DNA from: Aquificota bacterium
GTDB taxonomy: Bacteria > Thermosulfidibacterota > Thermosulfidibacteria > Thermosulfidibacterales > B14-G1
DNA length: 64,000 bases
Assembly (NCBI GenBank): GCA_015486015.1
Contig: WFSL01000014.1
Coordinates: 7,650-71,649 of the forward strand
Direction: 5' to 3'
Each line of letters starts with the position of its first letter. Positions within the stretch are counted from its first letter, which is position 1. Position numbers and translations under genes: made by a program. This document shows positions 34,569-46,239 of the stretch, in pieces. Under the pieces are notes generated by a model that saw only the letters and a program-made list of their open reading frames with translations, searched no databases and was not told where the DNA came from.

Positions 34569-35408
34569 TTAAATCACGGCTTCTTTGTGCCTGGCTGCAT
34601 GGCAGTTAATGTTCACCGCACATGGCAGGCTGGCAATGTGACAGGGCTCCATCTCAAAGTGCACGGCCAAGGCATAGGTAGTACCACCCCAACCCATAGG
34701 ACCCATGCCCAGCTTATTGATCCTCTCCAGCATCTCCTGCTCCGCAGCAGCCAATTCAAGATCCGGATTGGGTTTCCCCAAAGGTCTCAGCAGTGCCTTT
34801 TTGGCCAAAAAGGCGGAACGCTCAAAGGTACCGCCAACCCCCACACCCACAATGACAGGGGGACAGGGATTACCCCCAGCCTCGGAGCACCTCTGGACCA
34901 CGAAGTCCTTTACACCCTTCAACCCTGCGCCAGGGGCCAACATAGTGACACGGCTCATGTTTTCACTGCCTCCCCCTTTAGGAGCCAAGACAATATGTAT
35001 CTTGTCCCCGGGGACAATATCAAAGTGAATTACAGGAGGGGTATTATCACCCACATTGGCCCTTGTAAAGGGGTGGCAAGTGGACTTCCTAAGGTAGCCA
35101 TCCTTGTATCCCTGACGCACCCCCTCGAAGATAGCCTCCTTGAGATCACCACCCACAAACTTCACGTCCTGACCAATCTCCATAAAGATCACAGCCAATC
35201 CGCAGTCCTGACAAATAGCCACCTTTTCCTCTCTGGCAATATCGGCGTTCCTTATAATCATCTCCAAGACAGACCTGCCAACGGGAGACTTCTCTTTCTT
35301 CAAGGCCTCCTGCAAGGCATTATACACATCTTCGGGAAGGTAATAATTGGCATCCATACAGAGCTTTTTAATCACCTCGGTAACCTCGGAAACTTGCACT
35401 TCTCTCAT
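34569..35408 (-). CDS. Fe-S fumarate hydratase (class I) alpha subunit
   Basis: ICQDCG, LRKS, KGGGSEN, NPCPP, CHIAS, CHAAR. Confidence 0.93.
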   Translation of the reverse strand: MREVQVSEVTEVIKKLCMDANYYLPEDVYNALQEALKKEKSPVGRSVLEMIIRNADIAREEKVAICQDCGLAVIFMEIGQDVKFVGGDLKEAIFEGVRQGYKDGYLRKSTCHPFTRANVGDNTPPVIHFDIVPGDKIHIVLAPKGGGSENMSRVTMLAPGAGLKGVKDFVVQRCSEAGGNPCPPVIVGVGVGGTFERSAFLAKKALLRPLGKPNPDLELAAAEQEMLERINKLGMGPMGWGGTTYALAVHFEMEPCHIASLPCAVNINCHAARHKEAVI

Positions 35409-35468
35409 ACCTGACCCCCTTCTAAATACCTCGGGGAAGGCCACTAAAAGGCCTTCCCCTATTGAAAA

Positions 35469-36425
<957 letters not shown>

Positions 36426-36502
36426 CTATGCTAAATGCTCAGGGCTCAGCATAAACCCTGGCTCACACCCCGCTTCCATCACACCAAACCCTTGATTGGT
36501 GA

Positions 36503-36532
36503 AAGGTATCACTTATTCAAAAATGCTGTCAA
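36503..36532 (-). promoter_or_regulatory. Putative sigma70 promoter of the mdh-fum-sdh-suc-kor operon
   Basis: Minus strand TTGACA-18 nt-TACCTT with upstream TG. Confidence 0.5.
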
Positions 36533-36634
36533 GGTATCTCTACGCAGAAAAAGGCCAAACCTATTTATAATTGCACATTCTAAAGTCAAAATTTATCAAC
36601 CCCTGCTCCCCCTTATCCTCGGGGAGCCAAATCT

Positions 36635-36674
36635 AAAAAAACAAAATGGGGTCGGAAGCAGCGCTTCCGACCCC
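36635..36674 (-). terminator. Rho-independent terminator of icd
   Basis: 12-bp stem GGGGTCGGAAGC/GCTTCCGACCCC followed on minus strand by ATTTTGTTTTTT. Confidence 0.85.
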
Positions 36675-36679
36675 TCCTT

Positions 36680-38926
36680 TTACACCTCCTCCCACATCGA
36701 ATCTATAATTGCATTGAACGTGGGGCTGGGACGCATCTCCTTCTCTACCTTATCCTCATCGGGGAAATAGTACCCATTCAGATCCACAGCACGGTACTGT
36801 GCAGCATTGAGCTCCTCGATAATCTTGGACTCATTCTCAGAGAGCTTCTTGTACACCTTGTCGAACTTCTCCCTCAGCTCGGGGTCCTCATTTTGGTTGG
36901 CAAGGGCCTCAGCCCAATAGAGGGCAAAATAGAAATGCTCACCCCTGGTATCTAACTCCCCTACTTTCCTGGATGGCCACTTCCTGTTCTCAAGCACCTT
37001 CGTGATGCCCTGATTAGCCGTATCCACAAGGATCTTCGCCCTCTTGTGGTTGTAGTTTTCGGCTATGAACTCGAGGGCAGACACCAGCGCTGTAAACTCG
37101 GCTATGGAATCCCATCTGGTGTGCCCCTCCCTTAAGAGCTGCTGTACGTGCTTGGGGGCTGAACCACCAGCACCCGCTTCGGTCAAGCGCCCACCAGCAA
37201 GCAGAGGTACAATCGAGAGTACCTTTGCGCTGGTTCCCACCTCCAAGATAGGGAAGAGGTCGGTGAGATAATCCCTCAAGACGTTCCCTGTAACAGCAAT
37301 GACGTCTTCCCCTTTCCTCAGCCGCTGGCAGGTGAACTTCATGGCCTCTGCAGGGCTCAAGATATGGATTTCGAGTCCACTGGTATCATGATCTTGAAGA
37401 TACCTCTTTACCTTCTTAATCTGTTCAGCGTGATGCGCCCTATTTTCATCGAGCCAGAAGACCACAGGACAACCCCTGGATCTACCCACCTCGACGGCAA
37501 GCTTCACCCAATCCTTAACCGCTATATCCTTAACCTGACACGCCCTCCAGATGTCATCTTTCTCTACCTTATGCTCTATAAGCACATTACCATCAGCGTC
37601 CACCACCCTGACAGTCCCATTGGCAGGGGCCTGGAAGGTCTTATCGTGGGATCCGTACTCCTCGGCCTTCATGGCCATGAGTCCGATGTCCACCACTGTG
37701 CCCATAGTCGTTCTGTCAAAGGCACCGTTCCTCTTGCAGTCCTCAATAATCTCCTCATAGAGTGTGGCATAGCATCTATCAGGAATAACAGCCTTTGCAT
37801 CGTGGAGTTTTCCATCAGGACCCCATGCCTTACCCCCATCCCTCACGATTAGTGGCATGGACGCATCGATAATCACTAAGTTAGGTGCATGTAAATTTGT
37901 GATCCCTCTATCAGAATCCACCATGAAAAGCTCAGGATTCTTCTCAAAGGCAGCTTGAACGTCGGCTTCAATATTTCTCCTCTCTTCTTCCGGCAACTTC
38001 TGTAGCTTTTCATAAAGGTCGCTAAGCCCATTATTTGGATTTACCCCTATCTCCTCAAGGACCTTGCTATGTTTCTCGAACACATCCCTCAAATAAGCCC
38101 CAACAGCAAATCCAAAGATGGGGGGATCAGAGACCTTCATCATGGTAGCCTTAAGGTGAACCGAAAAGAGCACACCCTTCTTTTTGGCATCCTCAAGCTG
38201 CTCCTCAAAAAACCGCTGGAGGGCCTTTACATTCATAAAGGTGCCATCAAAAATCTCCCCCTTGGTTACAGGCACCTCCTTGAATAAGGTGGCGTTCCCC
38301 TTTTCATCAACAAACTCGATCCTGAGCGTTGTGTCCTTTTCAAGGGTCACAGATTTTTCATTCTCATAAAAGTCACCGTGACTCATATAGGAGACATGAC
38401 ACTTAGAATCCTTGGGCCACTCTTTAAGGGGCAGCCCCATAAGGTCGGGGAACTTCCTCGCAGCCCCCTTAACGGGGGCAGGTATTATGCGTATGTTGTT
38501 ACCTTGCCTGATCACAGGATTGACTGCACTTCCCAACACCTCAGCGTATCTCTCCCTTATTCTTTTCTCTTCTTCTGTCTTGGGCTCCTCGGGATACTCA
38601 GGTACCATGTATCCTTTCTTTCTAAGCTCCGCTATAGCACCTTTAAGCTGAGGCACTGTGGCGCTGATGTTGGGAAGCTTAACAATGTTTGACCCTGGCT
38701 TGTTGACGAGTTCACCAAGCTCCGCGAGATGATCCGGCACCCGCTGATCCTCCCTCAAATAATCGGGAAAGGCTGCCATGGTCCTGCCAGCAAGGGAGAT
38801 GTTTTTCACTGTCACCTCAACATCAGCGGTCTTGACAAATTGCCTGATAATGGGAAGCAGCGAAAAAGACGCAAGATAAGGTGCCTCGTCTGTCTTTGTC
38901 CAGATTATCGTTGGTCCTTCATTCAT
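36680..38926 (-). CDS. icd: Monomeric NADP-dependent isocitrate dehydrogenase
   Basis: [53 protein letters not shown]. Confidence 0.96.
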   Translation of the reverse strand: MNEGPTIIWTKTDEAPYLASFSLLPIIRQFVKTADVEVTVKNISLAGRTMAAFPDYLREDQRVPDHLAELGELVNKPGSNIVKLPNISATVPQLKGAIAELRKKGYMVPEYPEEPKTEEEKRIRERYAEVLGSAVNPVIRQGNNIRIIPAPVKGAARKFPDLMGLPLKEWPKDSKCHVSYMSHGDFYENEKSVTLEKDTTLRIEFVDEKGNATLFKEVPVTKGEIFDGTFMNVKALQRFFEEQLEDAKKKGVLFSVHLKATMMKVSDPPIFGFAVGAYLRDVFEKHSKVLEEIGVNPNNGLSDLYEKLQKLPEEERRNIEADVQAAFEKNPELFMVDSDRGITNLHAPNLVIIDASMPLIVRDGGKAWGPDGKLHDAKAVIPDRCYATLYEEIIEDCKRNGAFDRTTMGTVVDIGLMAMKAEEYGSHDKTFQAPANGTVRVVDADGNVLIEHKVEKDDIWRACQVKDIAVKDWVKLAVEVGRSRGCPVVFWLDENRAHHAEQIKKVKRYLQDHDTSGLEIHILSPAEAMKFTCQRLRKGEDVIAVTGNVLRDYLTDLFPILEVGTSAKVLSIVPLLAGGRLTEAGAGGSAPKHVQQLLREGHTRWDSIAEFTALVSALEFIAENYNHKRAKILVDTANQGITKVLENRKWPSRKVGELDTRGEHFYFALYWAEALANQNEDPELREKFDKVYKKLSENESKIIEELNAAQYRAVDLNGYYFPDEDKVEKEMRPSPTFNAIIDSMWEEV

Positions 38927-39047
38927 AACACGCCCCCTTTCTCAGGTCTCGCCCTTGTATTAAATGAACGGTACCAAGTTGTCAATGAAGAAGATCAATT
39001 ATTTAACAAAATAACTTTTAATTTCGCCTCCACCTTCTCCTTTGACT

Positions 39048-39078
39048 AAAAACAGAGGGGATGCCATCGCACCCCCTC
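39048..39078 (-). terminator. Rho-independent terminator of citrate synthase gene
   Basis: Minus strand GAGGGGGTGC-GATG-GCATCCCCTC then TGTTTTT. Confidence 0.7.
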
Positions 39079-39111
39079 AACTCAAGAATCAGCACCACTA
39101 TTTATGCCTTT

Positions 39112-40419
39112 TTATGCCTTGGCTCCCTTAGCCAACTCCTCCATCATGTCTGTGGTAATGGACTTGGGCCTCTCGATGGGCTGGCCTACAGCCCTATCCC
39201 AAATGATGTTGGCACTGATGCCCAAGGCCCTGCCAATACCAAAGAGCACTGTATAGAAATCAAACTCCTTTACGCCGTAATGGTACTGGAGACAACCAGA
39301 ATGGGCATCGACATTGGGCCAGGGGTTCTTAGCCTTCCCATGCTTCTTGAGGACCTCGGGAATCACCTCATAGGCACAACTCACCGTCTGGAATACCGGA
39401 TCATCTGGACAGTGCTTAAGGGCAAACTCCCTCTGAGACTTATACCTTGGATCCGTCTGCCTAAGGACAGCGTGACCATAACCAGGAATCACGCGGCCAG
39501 AATTCAGTGTATCCCATGCGTACTGCTCCATCTGCTCCTTGGTAGGCACCCCACCAAAGTGCTCCATCACGCCCAAGATCCAACCCAGGCACTCCTGATT
39601 GGCCAGACCATGGAGGGGACCTGCCAAACCACAGAGGCCTGCTGCCCAGGCGTAATAAATGTCGGAAAGGGCAGAAGCCACCAGATGGGCAGTATGGGCA
39701 CTTACATTCCCACTCTCATGGTCGCTGTGCAGGATAAAGTAAAGCTTCATTAGCTCCCTATAAGCAGGATCGGGCACGCCCATCATATGAGCAAAGTTGG
39801 AACCCCAGTCTAACTCAGGGTCAGGAGGAATGGGGGTATCGGATCTGTATTTCATTCTGTAAATGTAAGCTCCAATAGTGGGAAGCTTGGCCAGGAAGTT
39901 CATCACATCCTCATACATGGCATCCCAGTACTCTTCCCTCCTCATTCCCTCAGCGTAACGCTTGGCAAATACGGATTCCCTTTGCATTGCCAAGACAGCC
40001 TCGGCGAACATGGTCATGGGGTGGGTATCTCGAGGCTGTGATCTCAGGACGTCATAAACATACTCAGGCACTTGGCCCCTGGCCTTCCATTCTGCTTCCA
40101 CCTCCTCAGCCTCCTCCATGGTGGGGAGATCCCCTGTCAGCAAGAGATAGTAAAAACCCCCTACCAGAGGAACCTCAGCCCCTGCCCTTCTGGGGAGCTT
40201 CTCCAACACCTCAGGAATAGTGTAACCACGGAATCGGATCCCCTCGTAAGGATCAAGATAAGAGATATCAGTGAGAAGACACTTGATGCCCCTCATCCCT
40301 CCAGCTACCTGGGCCACCGTCACCTGGTCTATTACCACGTTACCATATTCCTTACGGATCTTGTTGTAGCGGTCCCTCGCAGCTGGGATCTTTGAAGCCA
40401 ACTTCTCTTTTAAGGACAT
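39112..40419 (-). CDS. gltA: Citrate (Si)-synthase, eukaryote/Geobacter-like type
   Basis: GGMRG, LDPYEGIRFRG, HSDHESGNVSAH, GPLHGLANQE, GYGHAVLR, WPNVDAHSG, IERPKS. Confidence 0.95.
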   Translation of the reverse strand: MSLKEKLASKIPAARDRYNKIRKEYGNVVIDQVTVAQVAGGMRGIKCLLTDISYLDPYEGIRFRGYTIPEVLEKLPRRAGAEVPLVGGFYYLLLTGDLPTMEEAEEVEAEWKARGQVPEYVYDVLRSQPRDTHPMTMFAEAVLAMQRESVFAKRYAEGMRREEYWDAMYEDVMNFLAKLPTIGAYIYRMKYRSDTPIPPDPELDWGSNFAHMMGVPDPAYRELMKLYFILHSDHESGNVSAHTAHLVASALSDIYYAWAAGLCGLAGPLHGLANQECLGWILGVMEHFGGVPTKEQMEQYAWDTLNSGRVIPGYGHAVLRQTDPRYKSQREFALKHCPDDPVFQTVSCAYEVIPEVLKKHGKAKNPWPNVDAHSGCLQYHYGVKEFDFYTVLFGIGRALGISANIIWDRAVGQPIERPKSITTDMMEELAKGAKA

Positions 40420-40586
40420 ACCCCACCTCCTCATTTTATTGGGCACAGATAGAGATAGTATTAACAAATTCAAATGTCAAGCCCTTGTTAACCAAACATA
40501 AACTCAATGTTATTAACCTATTACAAACAAAGGTTCAGTGCTCTAATGCTCAACCTAAAAATTCATAAAAACACCGTGACTTTATG

Positions 40587-40632
40587 GGGCCTTGGTGCAA
40601 GCCTACAAAGACTGAGGCAAACACCAAGGCCC
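40587..40632 (-). terminator. Hairpin downstream of aconitase
   Basis: GGGCCTTGGTG...CACCAAGGCCC 11-bp stem. Confidence 0.55.
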
Positions 40633-40639
40633 GTATCGG

Positions 40640-42643
40640 CTATTCTTTGATCTCAATCTCCTTGAAGCTCTTCCCACCGAACTCCCTGGCCACGTTGAGC
40701 ATACCTCCCAACAAAACAATCTTACGCTCCCTATCAGAGAGGTTAAACGTGACAGGAATATCTATGTTCTTGGTCCGATTCTTCATCACCAGCCTCTTTG
40801 TGTCCTCTATAAGGGCCTTGCGCACATCAGGGATCTCTACCTTGTCACCCTGGTCGATCTTATCGTAGTCATCGGGGTTCTCAAAGTAGAGAGGCAAAAT
40901 CCCAAAATTGACCAAGTTACCCCTATGAATCCTTTCGATAGACTTGGCTACCACCGCCTTCACACCGAGATACATGGGGCAAAGGGCTGCATGCTCACGG
41001 CTGGAGCCCTGGCCATAGGACTCTCCTCCCACGATCAGGTTGTGTATCCCCCTCTCCTTATTCTCCAAAGCCCTCTTGGAGAAGGTAGCGTCCACCGACT
41101 CAAAGACGAACTCGGCATACTTGGGCACATTAGAGCGGTATTTGAGACGCTGACCCGCAGGCATAATGTGATCAGTAGTGATCTTGTCCCCCACCTTAAT
41201 GGTCACCTCACCACTGAGGGTAACAGGGAGGGGCTCACTGGGTTCTGGAGGTACAATGTTTGGTCCCTTGTAAACCTCCACCTTGCTGGGGTCCTCCGCC
41301 GGTGGCAGCACCATCTTGTCATCAATGATGAACTCGTCGGGGATTCGAACCTTGGGATACTCGAGTCCATACTTGGTCTCCAGGTCCCTTGGGTCAGTGA
41401 TCACACCTGTAAGCCCACAGGCCACCGCTGTCTCAGGACTCACCAGATAGATCCCTGCACTAAGTGTACCAGAACGCCCATAGAAGTTCCTGTTGTTGGT
41501 CCTTACTGAGACGGCCTCATTCTTAGGGGCCTGCCCCATGCCTATACAGAAACCGCAAGCGTTTTCTTCAAGCCTGATGCCTGCCTCAAAGAGATAATCC
41601 AGGGCCCCCTCACTATCAATTTGGCGCACCACTTGCTTGGAACCGGGACCCACTACCACATCAAGGTGGGGAGCAAAGCCCTTGCCGTACTTATCTACCC
41701 AGGCCTTGGCCACCTTGGCCACCACCATGAGATCGCGATAGGAGGAATTGGTACAGGAGCCGATGCACACCTGATCTACAGTCTTGCCCTCCACCTCTCT
41801 CACAGTAACTACATTATCTGGGCTGTGTGGCAGGGCCACCAAAGGCTCCAGCTCTGAAAGATTGATCTCTATCACCCGATCATACTCGGCATCGGGATCA
41901 GCCTGAAGCTCCACCCAGTCCTGCTCCCTGCCCTGGGCCTTCAAGAAGGCCCTCGTGGTCTCGTCAGAGGGGAAAACTGAAAAGGTAACGCCCAGTTCAG
42001 CGCCCATATTAGTGATAGTAGCCCTGGAGGGGACATCAAGGGTCTTCACTCCGGGACCGAAATACTCCACCACCCAACCCACATTCCCTTTGGTAGAGAG
42101 TATAGAGAGAAGCTTCAGTATCACATCCTTGGCAGAAACCCACTTGGGCAGCTCACCGGTAAGATGGACCCCATAAACCTTAGGGCAAGTGAGATAGAAT
42201 GGAAGCCCTGCCATAGCTGCAGACACATCCAGGCCACCGGCACCAATGGCCACCATACCAATCCCACCTCCCGTGGGGGTATGGGAATCTGAGCCCAATA
42301 GAGTCTTCCCAGGCTTTCCAAAACGTTCCAAGTGAACCTGATGGCAGATGCCGTTACCAGGCTTGGAAAGATATGCCCCGTACTTGGCAGCAAATGTTCT
42401 CAAATAGGTATGGTCATCCGCATCCTCAAAACCCATTTGGATAGTCTTGTGGTCAATATAGATAATAGAGAGATCCGTCTTCACCTGGGGGACTCCCATA
42501 GCCTCAAATTCCATGGCCGCCATGGTCCCCGTGGCATCTTGATAGAGGGTCTGGTCTATCCTAATGGCGATCTCCTTGCCAGGAACCAGCTCCCCCTCCA
42601 TCAGATGATCCTTAAGTATCTTCTGCACCACATTTAACCCCAT
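40640..42643 (-). CDS. acn: Aconitate hydratase (short ~650-aa type)
   Basis: QDATG, GICHQ, DSHT, IGSCTN, CGFCIG, NRNF.GR, ITTDHI, GSSREHAA. Confidence 0.94.
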   Translation of the reverse strand: MGLNVVQKILKDHLMEGELVPGKEIAIRIDQTLYQDATGTMAAMEFEAMGVPQVKTDLSIIYIDHKTIQMGFEDADDHTYLRTFAAKYGAYLSKPGNGICHQVHLERFGKPGKTLLGSDSHTPTGGGIGMVAIGAGGLDVSAAMAGLPFYLTCPKVYGVHLTGELPKWVSAKDVILKLLSILSTKGNVGWVVEYFGPGVKTLDVPSRATITNMGAELGVTFSVFPSDETTRAFLKAQGREQDWVELQADPDAEYDRVIEINLSELEPLVALPHSPDNVVTVREVEGKTVDQVCIGSCTNSSYRDLMVVAKVAKAWVDKYGKGFAPHLDVVVGPGSKQVVRQIDSEGALDYLFEAGIRLEENACGFCIGMGQAPKNEAVSVRTNNRNFYGRSGTLSAGIYLVSPETAVACGLTGVITDPRDLETKYGLEYPKVRIPDEFIIDDKMVLPPAEDPSKVEVYKGPNIVPPEPSEPLPVTLSGEVTIKVGDKITTDHIMPAGQRLKYRSNVPKYAEFVFESVDATFSKRALENKERGIHNLIVGGESYGQGSSREHAALCPMYLGVKAVVAKSIERIHRGNLVNFGILPLYFENPDDYDKIDQGDKVEIPDVRKALIEDTKRLVMKNRTKNIDIPVTFNLSDRERKIVLLGGMLNVAREFGGKSFKEIEIKE

Positions 42644-42683
42644 TCCTAACCCCCTCTACATTTGTGAAGCTACTTACAATTAA

Positions 42684-42713
42684 CTTATAACCACCATTCA
42701 TTGATACTGTCAA
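42684..42713 (-). promoter_or_regulatory. Putative sigma70 promoter of acn
   Basis: Minus strand TTGACA-18 nt-TATAAG in AT-rich divergent gap. Confidence 0.45.
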
Positions 42714-42823
42714 ACTCTAATATATATCAGATTTCTCACCTCGCGAAGGAAAGGTAAAATGGGGGTGGCAAAACCGCCTAAACTCAGGTAATATCTAAAA
42801 AAGCCAATCTACGGAGGTGAAGC

Positions 42824-44239
42824 ATGAAGATGCTGTTAGGTGGGGAGTGGGTTGAGAGGAGAGAGGTTATTGAGGTGAGGAACCCTTACGACAACTCTGT
42901 CATAGACACAGTGCCCAAGGGTAACAGGGAAGACGCCCTTAAGGCTATAGAGGCAGCTCTCCAGGGTTTCCAGGAGATGAAGAAACTCACTGCCTATGAA
43001 AGATATACTATCCTTTCCAAGGCTGCTCAGATCCTGGAATCCCGGAAGGAAGAGATGGCCCAGATGGTAAGTAAGGAGGTGGGCAAGACCATAAAAGAGG
43101 CCAGGGGCGAAATCGCCAGGGCCATCCAGACTCTTACACTCTCGGCCGAGGAGGCCAAGAGGCTGGCAGGGGAAGGGGTGCGCTTCGATGGAGCCCCCAC
43201 AGGGGGAGGAAAGGTAGGGCTATACATGAGGGTACCCTTAGGGGTTATTGTGGCTATTACCCCGTTCAATTTTCCTGTAAACCTGGCCATGCACAAGATT
43301 GCCCCCGCATTAGCAGCAGGAAACTGCGTTATATTAAAACCCGCTTCTGCCACCCCCGTCGCCGATCTCCTCCTGGGCGAAATCTTCTTAGAAGCAGGGG
43401 TACCTCCATTAGCTTTCCAAGTAGTCACTGGACCCGGAAGCGAGGTGGGAGATACATTGGTGGAGGACGAAAGGGTAAAGATGGTCACCTTCACTGGATC
43501 AAGGGACGTAGGGAAGACCATCATGAAGAAGAAAGGCTATAAGCGGGCTACCATGGAACTGGGCTCCAACTCTGCCGTCATAGTGTGTGAAGATGCCCAA
43601 TTGGAGAAGGCATTCCCCAGGGTAGTGCTGGCAGCCTATGCCTTGGCAGGCCAAGTTTGCATCTCTGTTCAACGCATATTCGTCCACGAGAGTATCTTCG
43701 ATACATTCGTAGAGCGCTATGTGGAGGAATCAAAGGCGCTGAAGGTAGGCAACCAACTCCTGGAAGAGACCCAGGTGGGTCCTATGATCGAACCCAAAGA
43801 AAGCCAGAGGGTGAAGGACTGGATAGACGAGGCCGTAGCTGCTGGGGCCAAGCTCCTATGCGGCGGTGAGATTGACGGTGCCTTAATGACGCCTGCCGTT
43901 GTCACCCACTGCCCCAGAAATGTGCGCCTCTTCACAGCAGAAGCCTTTGGACCCGTGGTGATCATCAACCCATTCTCTACGTTTGAGGAGGCCATCGAGC
44001 TCGTCAATGACTCTGTCTATGGCTTACAGGCAGGCATCTACACAAGGGATCTCTACAAGGCATGGGAGGCAGCAAAGGAGGTAGAGGCAGGGGGCATCAT
44101 CATCAACGACGTCCCTACCTTTCGGGTGGATCTCATGCCCTATGGGGGTATGAAGGAGAGCGGTATCGGTCGGGAAGGGCCCCATTATGCCATCGAGGAG
44201 ATGACAGAGATCAAACTGATTTGCTTCGACGTGAATTGA
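42824..44239 (+). CDS. Aldehyde dehydrogenase (GAPN/lactaldehyde dehydrogenase-like)
   Basis: [42 protein letters not shown]. Confidence 0.92.
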   Translation: MKMLLGGEWVERREVIEVRNPYDNSVIDTVPKGNREDALKAIEAALQGFQEMKKLTAYERYTILSKAAQILESRKEEMAQMVSKEVGKTIKEARGEIARAIQTLTLSAEEAKRLAGEGVRFDGAPTGGGKVGLYMRVPLGVIVAITPFNFPVNLAMHKIAPALAAGNCVILKPASATPVADLLLGEIFLEAGVPPLAFQVVTGPGSEVGDTLVEDERVKMVTFTGSRDVGKTIMKKKGYKRATMELGSNSAVIVCEDAQLEKAFPRVVLAAYALAGQVCISVQRIFVHESIFDTFVERYVEESKALKVGNQLLEETQVGPMIEPKESQRVKDWIDEAVAAGAKLLCGGEIDGALMTPAVVTHCPRNVRLFTAEAFGPVVIINPFSTFEEAIELVNDSVYGLQAGIYTRDLYKAWEAAKEVEAGGIIINDVPTFRVDLMPYGGMKESGIGREGPHYAIEEMTEIKLICFDVN

Positions 44240-44247
44240 ACACCAGC

Positions 44248-44270
44248 AGGGGAGGATCCATTCCTCCCCT
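44248..44270. terminator. Hairpin after aldehyde dehydrogenase gene
   Basis: AGGGGAGGA-5 nt-TCCTCCCCT. Confidence 0.55.
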
Positions 44271-44362
44271 AAAAACCTGCCCAGGTTCCCAATCTCTCTT
44301 GAATAACCCTCACAAAGCTCGGCAAAGTCTAGATGATAAGCCTATTGATAAGGAGAGAAGCC

Positions 44363-44779
44363 ATGAAAGGCTTCAGGGTATTCGACACCACGGCAGACAT
44401 GGGATTGGAGATTTATGGGACTACCAGGGAAGAGCTTTTCAGAAACGCCCTGAAGGGCCTCTTTTACATCATCACCGACCTGGACAGGGTGGAACCCAAG
44501 GAAGATATTGCCGTAGAGGTGCAGGGAGAGGATTGGGCAGATCTCTTAGTAGGATGGCTCAATGAGTTAGTCTTTCTCCAAGACGCCCAGGGGTGGCTGT
44601 TCAAGGAATGCACTATAGAGGAGTTGGGGGCATTTCGAATAAGGGCCCAGTGCCTCGGGGAGAGATTTAAAAATGGAAAACATTGCATTAATACCTTAGT
44701 GAAGGCCGCAACTTATCACCGAGCCCAGATAGAGGAGACCCCTCATGGATACAGAGCTCAAGTGGTATTGGACGTATGA
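44363..44779 (+). CDS. Archease
   Basis: DTTAD, WLNELVF, VKAATYH, C-terminal VVLDV. Confidence 0.9.
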   Translation: MKGFRVFDTTADMGLEIYGTTREELFRNALKGLFYIITDLDRVEPKEDIAVEVQGEDWADLLVGWLNELVFLQDAQGWLFKECTIEELGAFRIRAQCLGERFKNGKHCINTLVKAATYHRAQIEETPHGYRAQVVLDV

Positions 44780-44851
44780 GACTGTTGCCAACTCCAACAG
44801 GGGATTGAGAAGATGGTTGAAGAGGCCTTCCCTTTGGTCTAATCTTTGAAC

Positions 44852-45544
44852 ATGACCAAGGAAACCATTAGAAGGCTCAAGCTGTACCTGGAATATCTCC
44901 GGCATGCAGGGGTAGAGTATTTGCCAAGGATAGGAGAGAGGGCCCCCCAGTTCCCTATCACTGAGACGCACCCCACCTCCCCTGAGAATTCCGAGCTGGA
45001 GGCGGTGCGGCGAGAACTCGGGGAATGCAAGAGGTGCCCCCTGTGGAAGGTGAGAAACCACCTGGTTTTCGGAGAGGGCAACCCTTGGGCTACGCTCATG
45101 TTCGTGGGTGAAGCCCCGGGGAGGGAAGAGGATCTCCAAGGGAGGCCCTTTGTGGGCCAGGCAGGTAAACTCCTCGATCAGTTTCTGCATGCCATTGAGC
45201 TATCCCGGGAAGAGGTGTATATCGCCAATATTCTCAAGTGCAGGCCACCTGGTAATAGGACCCCCCAACCTCAGGAGGTGGAGCAGTGTTACCCATTCCT
45301 CTTAAAGCAGATCCAGGCCATTAAACCCAAGCTCATCTGCTGCTTAGGAGGAGTGGCTGCCCAAACTCTAACTGGACAAAAGGTAGCCATCACACGGCTC
45401 CGGGGCCAGTTTATTCCTTGGCGTTGGGGCATAGAGCTCTTCTTAACGTTCCATCCCGCCTACCTCCTGAGGAACCCCAATCAGAAGAAGGGAGCTATGC
45501 AGGATTTTATGAAGCTCAGGGAGAAGCTAAGGGGCTTAGCTTGA
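44852..45544 (+). CDS. Uracil-DNA glycosylase family 4 (Fe-S)
   Basis: [35 protein letters not shown]. Confidence 0.94.
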   Translation: MTKETIRRLKLYLEYLRHAGVEYLPRIGERAPQFPITETHPTSPENSELEAVRRELGECKRCPLWKVRNHLVFGEGNPWATLMFVGEAPGREEDLQGRPFVGQAGKLLDQFLHAIELSREEVYIANILKCRPPGNRTPQPQEVEQCYPFLLKQIQAIKPKLICCLGGVAAQTLTGQKVAITRLRGQFIPWRWGIELFLTFHPAYLLRNPNQKKGAMQDFMKLREKLRGLA

Positions 45545-46239
45545 GGGTGAACCCACTCATTGTGGCACTGGACACGAGAAACCGGGATATCATCATGGCA
45601 CTGGTGGAGCAACTGGCACCTGCAGTAGGGGCCTTCAAGGTGGGTTTCTTCCCCTTTCTCCTGTTTGGCTGGGAGTTAGTAGAATTTATCCACTCCAAGG
45701 GCGGAAGGGTCTTCTTAGACCTTAAGCTCCATGACATTCCCAACACTGTGGCCAATGCTGTTGAGGAAGTAGCCAGGACAGGAGTCTTCATGCTAACACT
45801 TCACATCCTTGGCGGAAGAGAAATGATGGAGGAGGCTGTGCAAAGGGTTCAGGATTGCCCTTCACGCCCCCTTCTCCTCGGGGTTACCCTCCTCACCAGT
45901 ATGAATACTCAAGACCTAAGGATGGTAGGTATAAAAGGTCCCTTAGAGGAAAGGGTTCTGAAACTGGCCCACTTGGCCCGTGACTCAGGTTTAGACGGGG
46001 TAGTAGCTTCACCCTTAGAGACCCTCTCAATTCGGAAGGCACTGGGAAAGGGTTTTATTATTGTCACTCCCGGGGTGAGACCACCCGGCAGCTCACCGCA
46101 TGAGCAAAAAAGGGTAGCTACGCCTCGGGAAGCCATAATGGCTGGGGCACATTACATTGTAGTGGGCAGGCCTATCTGCGAGGCCAAAGATCCCTTGGCC
46201 GTAGTCCAAGACATCTTGAAGGAGGTGGAAACCCAATGA
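45541..46239 (+). CDS. pyrF: Orotidine-5'-phosphate decarboxylase
   Basis: IVALD, KVG, FLDLKLHDIPNT, VTLLTS, TPGVR, VVGRPI; TTG start overlapping the udg stop. Confidence 0.95.
   Translation: MRVNPLIVALDTRNRDIIMALVEQLAPAVGAFKVGFFPFLLFGWELVEFIHSKGGRVFLDLKLHDIPNTVANAVEEVARTGVFMLTLHILGGREMMEEAVQRVQDCPSRPLLLGVTLLTSMNTQDLRMVGIKGPLEERVLKLAHLARDSGLDGVVASPLETLSIRKALGKGFIIVTPGVRPPGSSPHEQKRVATPREAIMAGAHYIVVGRPICEAKDPLAVVQDILKEVETQ

Noticed and set aside
36680-38926. icd as a recent foreign insertion
   Set aside because: It has its own promoter and terminator, but monomeric icd next to mdh and kor genes is also known in Geobacter, and there is no direct evidence of transfer.
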